Position numbers and translations under genes: made by a program
Notes under the pieces: generated by a model
Seen by the model: only the letters and a program-made list of their open reading frames with translations
Database searches by the model: none
What the model was told of the DNA's origin: nothing
Source of the DNA: Candidatus Omnitrophus sp.
Lineage (GTDB): Bacteria; Omnitrophota; Gorgyraeia; Zapsychrales; Fredricksoniimonadaceae
Reading direction: 5' to 3'
Assembly (NCBI GenBank): GCA_020719005.1
Contig: DYQZ01000004.1
Span: 1-46,125 of the forward strand
DNA length: 46,125 nt
Part shown: positions 1 through 9,026 of the stretch, one piece after another
Layout of the letters: each line of letters begins with the position of its first letter
How positions within the stretch are numbered: the first letter of the stretch is position 1

Positions 1-1
1 T

Positions 2-940
2 GCCTCTATCGAGGGAGAACGCGGTATGCCGCGACCCAAGCCGCCGTTCCCGGCGATCTCAGGGCTTTGGGGCAAACCGACGGTTATCAATAATGTGGAA
101 ACGCTGGCGACCGTTCCTTTGATCATGACAGTGGGTGTGAAAAAGTTCCGTGAAATGGGGACACAGACTTCGCCTGGCACCAAGACGTTCGCGCTTTCCG
201 GGCATGTGGCGAACACGGGGCTTATTGAAGTGCCTTTTGGTCTTACGTTAAAAGAGATCATTTTTGATATCGGGGGCGGCGTGACCGATAAGAAGGGCAA
301 GATCGATCCCGATGGTTTTAAGGCAGTGCAGATCGGTGGCCCGTCGGGCGGTTGTTTGACCAAGGCTCATTTTGATCTTCCACTGGATTTTGATTCATTG
401 CGCAGTATCGGTGCCATGGTTGGTTCCGGCGGTCTTGTCACGATGAACAAGACGACCTGCATGGTCAGGATCGCGCGGTATTTTATGCAGTTCACACAGA
501 AGGAATCCTGCGGTAAATGTGTGCTTTGCCGTGAAGGTACGAAACAGATGCTGTATCTCTTGGATGATATCGTCGAAGGGCGCGCAACGCTTGAGACGCT
601 GGATCTGCTTCAGGAATTGGCGGGTGTGGTATCAAAGGGCTCTTTATGCGGCCTTGGTAAAACAGCGCCTAATCCAGTTCTTTCGACACTCAAGTATTTC
701 AAGGATGAGTATCTGGCGCATGTGGTAGATAAGCGTTGTCCGACAGGTGAATGTAAGACGCTCGCCAAACCTGAGATACTTGCTACCAAGTGCAAGGGGT
801 GTACGGCGTGTGTGAAAAAGTGTCCGGTCCACGCGATCACGGGTGAGGTAAAGAAAGCGCATGTTATTGACGAGAAGTTATGTATCAAATGTGGTGTTTG
901 TGCGCTCACCTGCAAATTCGATGCTGTGGTCGGGGTTTGA
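2..940 (+). CDS. hydB: Bifurcating [FeFe]-hydrogenase flavoprotein subunit (HydB/NuoF-like), 5' part outside the window
   Basis: Frame is open from base 2 (ASIEGERGMPRPKPPFPA). NuoF motifs INNVETLA, GGPSGG and ESCGKCVLCREG...SLCGLG; C-terminal 2x[4Fe-4S] ferredoxin (CKGCTAC..CP, CIKCGVC..C). Confidence 0.93.
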   Translation, partial: ASIEGERGMPRPKPPFPAISGLWGKPTVINNVETLATVPLIMTVGVKKFREMGTQTSPGTKTFALSGHVANTGLIEVPFGLTLKEIIFDIGGGVTDKKGKIDPDGFKAVQIGGPSGGCLTKAHFDLPLDFDSLRSIGAMVGSGGLVTMNKTTCMVRIARYFMQFTQKESCGKCVLCREGTKQMLYLLDDIVEGRATLETLDLLQELAGVVSKGSLCGLGKTAPNPVLSTLKYFKDEYLAHVVDKRCPTGECKTLAKPEILATKCKGCTACVKKCPVHAITGEVKKAHVIDEKLCIKCGVCALTCKFDAVVGV

Positions 941-965
941 TAAAAAGAGCTTACTATAAAAAGTA

Positions 966-3003
966 ATGAAAGAACAATATCAGGAGCTTAATATGGATCC
1001 GGTCAAATATGTGAATATAGATGGCAGGGATATCCCTCTCGAAGGCGAGAAAAGCCTTCTTGATGTTATCCGTAAAGCGGGCATTGAGATACCAACGTTC
1101 TGTTATGTATCAGAACTGAGCGTGTATGGGGCATGCCGTATGTGTACGGTCGAGATCGAAGGGCGGGGGCTTCAGACCTCGTGTTCGACGCCGCCTGAGC
1201 CGGGGCTTAAGATCAAGACCAATACCGAGACCGTGCGTCAGATCCGCCGCGTGGCGCTTGAACTTATTTTAGCGAACCATGAGCGTGAGTGCACGACCTG
1301 CGGCAAGAGCACCAATTGCAAATTGCAGGATCTGTCGAAAAAACTCGGGGTGGAGAAGATCCGTTTCCGTTCTGTGCTTAAACCTGTTCCCGTCGATGAA
1401 TCAAATCCGTCGATCGTTCGTAATCCCAATAAATGCATCCTCTGCGGGGATTGTGTGCGCATGTGCCAGGAAGTCCAGGGGATAGGGGCGATCGATTTTG
1501 CGCACCGCGGGCATCATGTTGTTGTTCAGCCTGCTTTCGGCAAGGGCCTTCAGGACGTGCAGTGTGTTTATTGCGGGCAGTGTGCGCGGGTATGTCCGAC
1601 GGGTGCTTTAACGCCAAAGTCAGAGGTTGATGTGGTCTGGAAGTCGTTGCAGGATAATAAAAAGACGGTTGTCGTTCAGATCGCACCGGCTGTGCGCGTG
1701 GCGCTCGGGGAGGCTTTTGGTTATCAGCCCGGGGAGGTGACCACAGGTCAGATCGTGGCCGCGCTTAAGATCATGGGTTTCAAGAAAGTCTTTGATACGT
1801 GTTTCTCGGCGGATCTGACGATCCTTGAAGAAGGGAATGAGTTCATCAAGCGTTTGACGAATGATCTGCCTCTGCCTATGTTCACGTCATGTTGTCCGGC
1901 GTGGGTCAAATATGTAGAGCAGCATCATCCTGAGCTGATCCCGAACCTTTCGACCTGCAAGTCGCCTCAGCAGATGTTCGGTTCAGTGGCCAAGGATATT
2001 TTTGCACCCGAGATGGGGGTCAGGAAAGAGGACATGGTCGTTGTTTCGATCATGCCGTGCACGGCTAAGAAGTTCGAGGCCAAGCGTCCGGAGTTCAGTA
2101 ATAACGGGATGGCGGATGTGGATCATGTGATCACGACCCAGGAATTGGCACAGATGATCAATGAATACGGTATCCAGTTCCGTAATTTGAAACCAGAGTC
2201 TTTGGATATGCCCATGGGTTTTAAGACGGGTGCTGGTGTTATTTTTGGCAATACAGGAGGCGTGATGGAAGCGGCTCTCCGTTATGTTTATGAAAAGGTT
2301 GAGGGAAAGACCTTGGATAACCCTGATTTCCATGAAGTGCGCGGGGATCCGCGAGGCTGAGGTGGTGCTTGCGGGCAAGACTTATAAACTGGCGGTCATT
2401 CATTCACTTGCTAACGCCAAAGAGATCATTGCCAAGATCAAAAGCGGGGAGAAGAAATATCATTTTATCGAATTCATGTCGTGTCCTGCGGGGTGTATCA
2501 ACGGGGCGGGTCAGCCGGTCAATATGACGCCGGATTACCGCAAGAACCGTACCAAGGGGCTCTACGAAGCAGACAAGATGCTTCAACTTCATAAATCGCA
2601 GGATAATCCGTACCTGAAAGAACTGTATTCTTCAAAACTCGGTGATGTCGGCGGAGAGAAGGCGCATCATTTGTTGCATACGCATTATAATGCGCGCCGG
2701 CGCCTCAAGGGCAAGTCCATGCTCATCATGGACGGAAAGAACGACAACCGGCTTGAGATCCGTGTCTGTGTTGGAACGAGTTGTTACTTAAAGGGATCGC
2801 AGGATATCCTTCATCATTTGGCAAAGCATGTTGCGGATAAAGATCTGCAGGATCAGGTCGTTGTCAAGGCAACGTTCTGTTTTGAGAAATGTAATAAAGG
2901 GCCGACCATCAAGATCGGGAACACTGTTATCAGCGGGTGTGACATTATCAAGGCGACCGAGGCTGTTGACAAGGCGGTTGAGATGAGAACACATAACGTT
3001 TGA
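966..3003 (+). CDS. hydA: [FeFe]-hydrogenase catalytic subunit (group A3 type) with C-terminal thioredoxin-like [2Fe-2S] domain; frameshifted at ~2343-2346
   Basis: ORF 966-2360 has the N-terminal FeS clusters and H-cluster motifs P1 (FTSCCPAW) and P2 (IMPCTAKKFE). P3 (EFMSCPAGCINGAGQP), the small-subunit segment (SQDNPYL..LY...HHLLHTHY) and CVGTSC...CFEKC lie in the overlapping ORF 2284-3003. Confidence 0.9.
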
Positions 3004-3021
3004 TCGGCTAAAGAGGTTGTT

Positions 3022-4761
3022 ATGACCAACGAACCGGATCATCAGCAGGTTATCTTTACCAATGAAGCGCGGTGCCGTGATTGTTACCGGTGCGTACGCG
3101 TCTGTCTTATCAAAGCCATTAAAGTGGAGAACAACCAGGCGCGTGTGGATGTGCTGCGTTGTATCAGCTGTGGGACCTGTGTGCGCGAGTGCCCGCAAGG
3201 GGCAAAGACGTACCGTCGGGATATCACCAAAGCGGATGAGATCCTTAAAAGCGGCGCGTTCGTTGCGGCCAGCATTGCGCCTGCTTTTGCCGGTGTGTTT
3301 GAAGAATGGGAATATCAGCGTATCCCGGCGGCATTGCGGCGTCTTGGATTTAAATATGTTGCCGAGACCGCGGTCGGAGCGTATCTGGTGGCGCGCGATA
3401 CGGTCGATATTATCAAGGATGAAAAAAAGCCGCATATCTGCACAGCGTGTCCGGCGGTGGTCAATTACATTGAGAAATATGAGCCGGATAAGGTGGTGAA
3501 CCTGGTGCCGCTTGTGTCGCCCATGATGGCTCATGTGCGGCATATCAAAACAAAATTCGGGATGGATGCCAAGGTGATCTTCATTGGCCCGTGCGCGGCC
3601 AAAAAGGCTGAAGCCGAGCGGCGTGAGCTGAAGGGCCTGGTGGATTGTGTGCTTACCTTCGAGGAGCTTGAGGAGTGGCTTGAGGTAAAGGGGATGGGCC
3701 TTGGTAGCTGCGAGGAAAGTTCTTTTGACGAGGAGCCCTTTGGGAAAGCCCGTCTTTTTCCCGTTGAGGGAGGTTCGATCGCTACGTCCTTGATGGAGAC
3801 AAGTGTCCTTGATGAGAGGCTTATTTTCATCAGCGGGTTTGATGAGATAAGGGAATGTTTCAAGTCGCTTAAGACGGCTAAGGGGACTGCTGTTGTTGAG
3901 CCTTTGTTATGTCCGCATGGTTGTGTGAATGGACCCGGCACAAAGAAAGACGGCAATCCTTTTGAACGGCGTTCGAAGATCATCCGGTATGCAAGATCCA
4001 AGAAGCCGGCACAGGGAGACGCTCCGAAGAACATTGATCTCTCGACGCATTTTAAGATCCAGGAACAGGCAGAAGGCGCTCTTCTATCCGAGGAAAAGAT
4101 CCGCTCGGTGCTTGATAAGACAGGCAAGGCACGTGTGGAGTATCAGCTCAATTGCGGTGCGTGCGGTTATCCATCGTGCCGTGATCAGGCGATGGCAGTC
4201 GTGAGCGGCATGGCAGAGACCGAAATGTGCATTCCCTATATGCGACGTCTGGCAGAACAACGCTCAGACCGTATCATGGAAACAAGTCCGAATGCGATCG
4301 TTATCCTGGATCAGCATCTGAACATCATCAATATCAATCCTGCTTTTGCGCTGATGTTCAAAAGCGGTTTATCGGCGGTGGGGAAACATGTTTCCCAGTT
4401 CATGGACCCGGATCCTTTTGAGAAAGTGGCATCAGGTCAGATCGATGTTTTTGATGATGCGACAGATCATCCTCAGTATGGTGTGGTCTTAAGAGAAGTG
4501 GTGTATGCGCTCCGCGCTGAGCATCAATACGTCGGGATGTTCATCAATATCACTTCCAGCAATCTTAATGCCGAACGCTTGAGGCAGGTGAAGGATGAGA
4601 CTGTCCGGCAGGCGCGTGAGCTTTATGCCCACCAGATCGAAATGGCCAAGACGTTCGCGAATTTTCTCGGAGAATATACCGCCAAGGGGGAACAGCTTGT
4701 TGAAAAGCTGATCGATGCGGTGAAGGAAAAAGACGTTGCGGATGACAAGAAAGACGCTTGA
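3022..4761 (+). CDS. Sensory-type [FeFe]-hydrogenase (group C, HydS/HfsB-like) with FeS and PAS domains
   Basis: N-terminal 2x[4Fe-4S]; altered H-cluster motifs CTACP, FIGPCAAKKAE and EPLLCPHGCVNG; LNCGACGYPSC FeS motif; PAS-like segment (ETSPNAIVILD..ININPAF). Confidence 0.88.
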   Translation: MTNEPDHQQVIFTNEARCRDCYRCVRVCLIKAIKVENNQARVDVLRCISCGTCVRECPQGAKTYRRDITKADEILKSGAFVAASIAPAFAGVFEEWEYQRIPAALRRLGFKYVAETAVGAYLVARDTVDIIKDEKKPHICTACPAVVNYIEKYEPDKVVNLVPLVSPMMAHVRHIKTKFGMDAKVIFIGPCAAKKAEAERRELKGLVDCVLTFEELEEWLEVKGMGLGSCEESSFDEEPFGKARLFPVEGGSIATSLMETSVLDERLIFISGFDEIRECFKSLKTAKGTAVVEPLLCPHGCVNGPGTKKDGNPFERRSKIIRYARSKKPAQGDAPKNIDLSTHFKIQEQAEGALLSEEKIRSVLDKTGKARVEYQLNCGACGYPSCRDQAMAVVSGMAETEMCIPYMRRLAEQRSDRIMETSPNAIVILDQHLNIININPAFALMFKSGLSAVGKHVSQFMDPDPFEKVASGQIDVFDDATDHPQYGVVLREVVYALRAEHQYVGMFINITSSNLNAERLRQVKDETVRQARELYAHQIEMAKTFANFLGEYTAKGEQLVEKLIDAVKEKDVADDKKDA

Positions 4762-4779
4762 TAGAAGGGCCGTGTCACC

Positions 4780-5928
4780 ATGCCATATCAGCATATTGAA
4801 ATAGAAAGTCATCAAAGTTCCAAACGCCTTGGTGCGCCGTGTGGGGATGCGTTTTTGGTGAAACGCACGCCGTTCCATACGACCATCATTTGTGCTGATG
4901 GGATTGGTTCGGGTATCAAAGCGCATATCGCCTCCCAAATGAATATTGCCCGTCTAGGGGCGCTTCTTGAGGGTGGGACAACACTGCGTGATGCTTTCCT
5001 GAGTGTTGTTGGAACCATGAGCACCTGGCGTGACCGTAGTATGCCGTTCTCGGCGTTCATCGTGATGAGGGTCCTGAATGAAGGCACCACCACGATCCTG
5101 AATTATGAGATGCCTGATCCTATTCTTTTAAGCAAGAAAGATGTGTCCATCCTTTCCTCTGACCCTTTGGTCGTTCCGGCGGGGGTGGCGAGTGAATATC
5201 ATGTGCATCTGCATCCTGATGAAGGCGTTCTTTTGATGAGTGACGGGATCATTCAGGCAGGGTTAGGCAAAGGGTTGGTATCGGGGTGGACGACCGCCGG
5301 TGTTGAGGAATTCTTGGAGTCGTGGCTTGGTAAAAAGGTTGATTTCAAGCAAGCCGCGCGCGACGTGATGCGCCAGGCCCAACATTACGACGGGGATAGA
5401 AGCGGGGATGACCGGACTGTTCTCCTTGCGCATTGCCGCACAGGACAGATCGTGGACTTGTTCACCGGGCCGCCTGAGGACCGATCCAGGGATGCGGCGG
5501 TCGTAGCGTCTTTTCTTGCTGATGAAAGTGTGAAGGTTGTTTGCGGTGCGACGAGTGCTGATATTGTGGCGCGTTTTTCGGACCTGGAACTTGAGGTGGA
5601 GCAACGGCCCTCATCTTTTACGACCCCGCCGCGTTATTTCATGGAAGGCATCGATCTGGTGAGCGAGGGGGCGATTACGCTCACGCAGGCTTATAATATC
5701 CTCGAAGAAGACCTTATCAAAACAAGCGACCGTTCTGCGGCGTCGGACCTGGCTTATATTTTACAGCAGGCGGATCATGTGCGTTTTACGGTGGGGCTTG
5801 CGCGCAATCCGGCGAATACAGATATCGTTTACCGTAAACAGGGCATTCTTGCCCGCGACAAGATCGTTCCTCTTCTGGCTGACAAGCTTGAGAAAATGGG
5901 CAAGCTCGTTACTGTTCGTTTTGTTTAA
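4780..5928 (+). CDS. SpoIIE/PP2C-family Ser/Thr phosphatase (HfsC-like)
   Basis: CGD, ADGIGSG, LMSDGI and GDDRTV PP2C motifs; C-terminal VCGATSA/LVSEG domain; lies directly after the sensory hydrogenase. Confidence 0.88.
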   Translation: MPYQHIEIESHQSSKRLGAPCGDAFLVKRTPFHTTIICADGIGSGIKAHIASQMNIARLGALLEGGTTLRDAFLSVVGTMSTWRDRSMPFSAFIVMRVLNEGTTTILNYEMPDPILLSKKDVSILSSDPLVVPAGVASEYHVHLHPDEGVLLMSDGIIQAGLGKGLVSGWTTAGVEEFLESWLGKKVDFKQAARDVMRQAQHYDGDRSGDDRTVLLAHCRTGQIVDLFTGPPEDRSRDAAVVASFLADESVKVVCGATSADIVARFSDLELEVEQRPSSFTTPPRYFMEGIDLVSEGAITLTQAYNILEEDLIKTSDRSAASDLAYILQQADHVRFTVGLARNPANTDIVYRKQGILARDKIVPLLADKLEKMGKLVTVRFV

Positions 5929-5929
5929 T
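5884..5929 (+). repeat. Direct repeat copy 1 (3' end of the phosphatase gene)
   Basis: aagcttgagaaaatgggcaagctcgttactgttcgttttgtttaat matches 8865-8910 at 41 of 46 positions. Confidence 0.9.
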
Positions 5930-5941
5930 GATCAGGCTAGT

Positions 5942-6030
5942 GAATGTCTCAAGGAATATGATCAAGTTGTTCTTCCAGAAGTATTTAAAACACTTATAGC
6001 AACACGCGTCTTAGCAATGGAGTATAGACC
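5942..6030 (+). pseudogene. Possible internal fragment of an ABC1/UbiB (AarF) kinase gene
   Basis: Translates to ECLKEYDQVVLPEVFKTLIATRVLAMEY, resembling the vvvPkv....t.rVLtME segment of ABC1 kinases; no start codon. Confidence 0.45.
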
Positions 6031-6056
6031 GATCAAAGAAATCCGGGCATATAAGG

Positions 6057-6085
6057 TTGACAGGCCAACTATCATGTGGTACATT
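6057..6085 (+). promoter_or_regulatory. Sigma70-like promoter
   Basis: TTGACA (6057-6062), 17 bp, TACATT (6080-6085) with an extended TG, followed by AGGAGG and ATG at 6103. Confidence 0.55.
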
Positions 6086-6102
6086 TTCATCAGGAGGTTG
6101 AT

Positions 6103-7098
6103 ATGTCAACTGATGCTGTGAAAAGAGTCAAAGAAATGACGATGAGATTGATTAGAGCTACGCTGATCAGTTTGTGCGTAATTCTTTCTACAACATATGG
6201 CTGGCAACCGGCTTTTACCTCATTTCAGAAAAATGCTTCTACAGAAGCCGCCGCAGCCAGGTTAAATGCAACAGTCCGTTGTTTAAGTGAAGATATCGGG
6301 ATAAGAAATGAGGCGTTCTATGATAATCTCCAGAGTGCGGCACAATTTATTGAGAATAGTTTCGTCGATCTCGGATATGAGGTCGAGAGCTGGTCGTATA
6401 CTATTAATGGACGGTCGTTTAGAAATATTGTAGCCAGACTTAAGAATAATGAGTCTGATGAATATGTCCTGATAGGGGCACACTATGATTCCTGCTTCAA
6501 TCCTGGAGCGGATGACAATGCGAGCGGTGTTGCTGGCGTCTTGGAATTGGCCAGCAGTTTGAAGAAAGAGCCCCTTAGATCAAATATTATGTTCGTTGCT
6601 TTTACAAATGAAGAGCCTCCGTTCTTTCAGACGTCACAAATGGGCAGTCGCGTTTTTGTAAGAGAACTTGCCAGCAAGAAAATAAAGATACGTGAGGCGA
6701 TTATTCTTGAAATGATCGGTTATTATTCAACCGGATGGTTTCAGCAGAAGTATCTACCGCTTTTAGGGCCTTTCTATCCGCATAAGGGGGATTTTATTGC
6801 ACTCGTCGGGGATTTTGCGTCCCGAAAGATGGTTGATCATATTCAAAAAAGCTTCTCTGTTCAGAAGATCGCGCCTATGCGTACTATTGTTGCCCCTCGC
6901 ACCGTTCCGGCTCTTAGTTTCTCAGATCATGCCTCTTTTTGGGAAATGAATATTCCCGCAGTCATGCTGACGGACTCGGCATATTTGAGAAATCCACATT
7001 ATCACAAAGATACTGAAACATGGGATAAGCTGGATTATCAGAAAATGGCGGCTGTTGTTGAGGGACTGAGAATGGCGATCGTGAAGTTGGCTAATTGA
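6103..7098 (+). CDS. M28-family Zn peptidase, probably exported
   Basis: IGAHYDS, GADDNASG, NEEPP, LEMIG, SDHASF and YHKDTET motifs; hydrophobic N-terminal segment; RBS before ATG 6103 (ATG 6136 is an alternative start). Confidence 0.9.
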   Translation: MSTDAVKRVKEMTMRLIRATLISLCVILSTTYGWQPAFTSFQKNASTEAAAARLNATVRCLSEDIGIRNEAFYDNLQSAAQFIENSFVDLGYEVESWSYTINGRSFRNIVARLKNNESDEYVLIGAHYDSCFNPGADDNASGVAGVLELASSLKKEPLRSNIMFVAFTNEEPPFFQTSQMGSRVFVRELASKKIKIREAIILEMIGYYSTGWFQQKYLPLLGPFYPHKGDFIALVGDFASRKMVDHIQKSFSVQKIAPMRTIVAPRTVPALSFSDHASFWEMNIPAVMLTDSAYLRNPHYHKDTETWDKLDYQKMAAVVEGLRMAIVKLAN

Positions 7099-7106
7099 GG
7101 GTAGAT

Positions 7107-8283
7107 ATGACTTTATCAGAGCTTTTCCTGATCGTAATCCCCGCAGCTTGGCTTTTGTGGAGCTTATTTGTCACAAAGCCAGCGGGTACGTTAAAGTTTG
7201 TATTGCGTTGGGCCGTCCCTTTGATCGGTTGTTTAGCCTTGAGCTACTTGATGAATCAAAAGTTAAGTCAAATGATGGGGGGGTGAATGGGCGTGGGGCA
7301 ATGCGCTGTATTACGGATGGCAGCTTTTTTCATTTCTTATGATCTTGCAGATCATCAAAAAGGTATTCGAGGCGGTGTTATGTAAGATGATCCGATGGCC
7401 TTCTAACGAGAGAATTCGAAAAGCATCCATTATTTTCATGTGTTACATTTTCTTGTTTATTGTGATGGTCCCTTTTTTCTTGGCCATGACCTCGATCCAT
7501 CGAATTAAGATCAAGGATGCTTTTAATCCGAAGACGGAACTTGGCATAACGTATGAGGATGTTTCTTTAAAAACAAAGGACGGATTGAACATAAAAGGGT
7601 GGTTCGTTCCGGCGGATTCTGACAAGGCTGTAATTATTGCTCATGGGTTGGGTGCTAATAAGTCAAACTTTATCGGAACTGTTGATATGTGGCATCAGCT
7701 CAATTTCAATGTCCTAATTTTTGACTTCCGTGGACATGGTATGAGCGATGGGCATACGGTAACATTTGGTTACAAGGAGCGGCTGGATGTTATGATAGGA
7801 TTGGAATACTTAATGAAGAGTAAGAAATTTTTGCCGGAGAAGATTGTTGGTTACGGAGTATCTTTTGGTGGGGCGGCGATGATCCACGCCGCGAATGAAA
7901 TGAGGGTCTTTCATAAGATCATTATTGATTCATCATTTGCCAGTCTTGATGATATGGCGGATACGATCGTAGACGGAGAGTCAATTATTCCTGTGTTTTG
8001 TCGAAAGATGTTCAAAGAAATGGGGCTGTTCTTTATTCGCCTCGATGTGGGTTTTGATATTAGGGAGCATTCGCCAGAGAATGTTGTTGGGCGTCTTGCT
8101 GGAACACCGATGCTTTTTATCCATGGGAAGGGAGATCCTCTTATTAATTGGGAACAAACGCAGCGATTGTATGAAAAGGCAGGGGGGCCCAAAAAGGTTG
8201 TTTTCTTGGAAACGCAAGGGCATTTTGGGACGATGAATGACGCAAGTTATGTCGACATCATTCGTGGGTTCGTTGTTAACTAA
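7107..8283 (+). CDS. Membrane-anchored alpha/beta hydrolase, apparently split by a +1 frameshift in a G7 run (ORFs 7107-7286 and 7339-8283)
   Basis: HGLG, DFRGHG, GVSFGG nucleophile elbow, IHGKGD and GH. Removing one G from 7277-7283 fuses both ORFs via ...QMMGGEWAWGNALYYGWQLFSFLMILQ. Confidence 0.8.
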
Positions 8284-8297
8284 AAAGGGAAGTGTTT

Positions 8298-8777
8298 ATG
8301 GATTGTCTGGAACCGTACGGGGTTGAGGTTGGTAAGGGTAACTATCATGAAGAGATCATCTACCGTTTGGTCATTCTTTCTAATCGTATTTTGGATGAGA
8401 TCTCGGATTATTTGGGAAAGTACAAGTTAACGCCGGCGAAAATGAATGTATTAATGATCGTTAAACATCAAGGCGGTGAAAAAGGCATTAGTCAGGTTGA
8501 CTTAAGTCAACGTCTTATGGTATCCACATCAAATTTAACCCGGGTGTTGGCAAAACTCCAGCGGGACAAGTTGGTTGCCAGAGGGAGCATTGCTAATGAT
8601 CGCAGGTTCAAAACGATCCATGTTACGGCCAAGGGGTCGAAATTGCTGGATGCTGTTTTGCCGGGATATACCCAAAAGCTGGTCGGTCTGACGGGGGGGA
8701 TGGATGAAGAGAAGAAACGATTGTTGTCTGAGATGCTGTCCCAGTGGATGGCGCTTGTTATTAAAGAACAGAAATAA
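8298..8777 (+). CDS. MarR-family transcriptional regulator
   Basis: LTPAKMNVL, SQVDLSQRL..SNLTRVL..L and DRR....VTAKG winged-helix pattern. Confidence 0.9.
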   Translation: MDCLEPYGVEVGKGNYHEEIIYRLVILSNRILDEISDYLGKYKLTPAKMNVLMIVKHQGGEKGISQVDLSQRLMVSTSNLTRVLAKLQRDKLVARGSIANDRRFKTIHVTAKGSKLLDAVLPGYTQKLVGLTGGMDEEKKRLLSEMLSQWMALVIKEQK

Positions 8778-8790
8778 CTAAAATGTAAAT

Positions 8791-8827
8791 TATCGATACT
8801 CGTATCGATCAGTTTCGGGATATCGAT
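8791..8827. promoter_or_regulatory. Cluster of three TATCGAT sites including a perfect 8-bp inverted repeat; possible operator
   Basis: TATCGAT at 8791, 8803 and 8821; ATCGATAC-TC-GTATCGAT at 8792-8809. Confidence 0.4.
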
Positions 8828-8844
8828 CAAGGAAGGCGAACAGC

Positions 8845-8892
8845 ATGAAATTCTTTAACAGAGAAAGCTTTAGAAGATGGGCAAGCTTGTGA
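8845..8892 (+). pseudogene. Possible 5' remnant of an ATP-binding protein gene, cut at the repeat
   Basis: RBS-like GGAAGG, then ATG: MKFFNRE, resembling the M.F..RE.El start of ATPase_2-type proteins; reads straight into repeat copy 2. Confidence 0.35.
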
Positions 8893-8910
8893 CTGTTCGT
8901 TTCGTTTAAT
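8865..8910 (+). repeat. Direct repeat copy 2 (relic of the phosphatase 3' end)
   Basis: Translates KL*KMGKLVTVRFV* versus KLEKMGKLVTVRFV* in the gene. Confidence 0.9.
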
Positions 8911-8992
8911 AGTGGGTCGTTCAGAAAGCGCTGCTTCGATATATTGTCGGAGCATGGCTTTGTCGCCATTTCCAGTGCCATGAAATAAGAAA

Positions 8993-9020
8993 TTGACATT
9001 TTCGTTTTTCATGATATTCT
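8993..9020 (+). promoter_or_regulatory. Sigma70-like promoter, possibly giving a leaderless transcript
   Basis: TTGACA (8993-8998), 16 bp, TATTCT (9015-9020) with an extended TG; ATG at 9027. Confidence 0.5.
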
Positions 9021-9026
9021 TGAGGC

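Larger units (their letters stand above)
5930..8910. mobile_element. Probable decayed insertion (island) at the 3' end of the phosphatase gene
   Basis: Bounded by a 46-bp direct repeat, with gene remnants at both ends and visibly AT-richer sequence. No integrase is present. Confidence 0.6.

Noticed and set aside
2284-3003. ORF 2284-3003 as an independent gene
   Set aside because: It holds H-cluster motif P3 and is the out-of-frame continuation of hydA.
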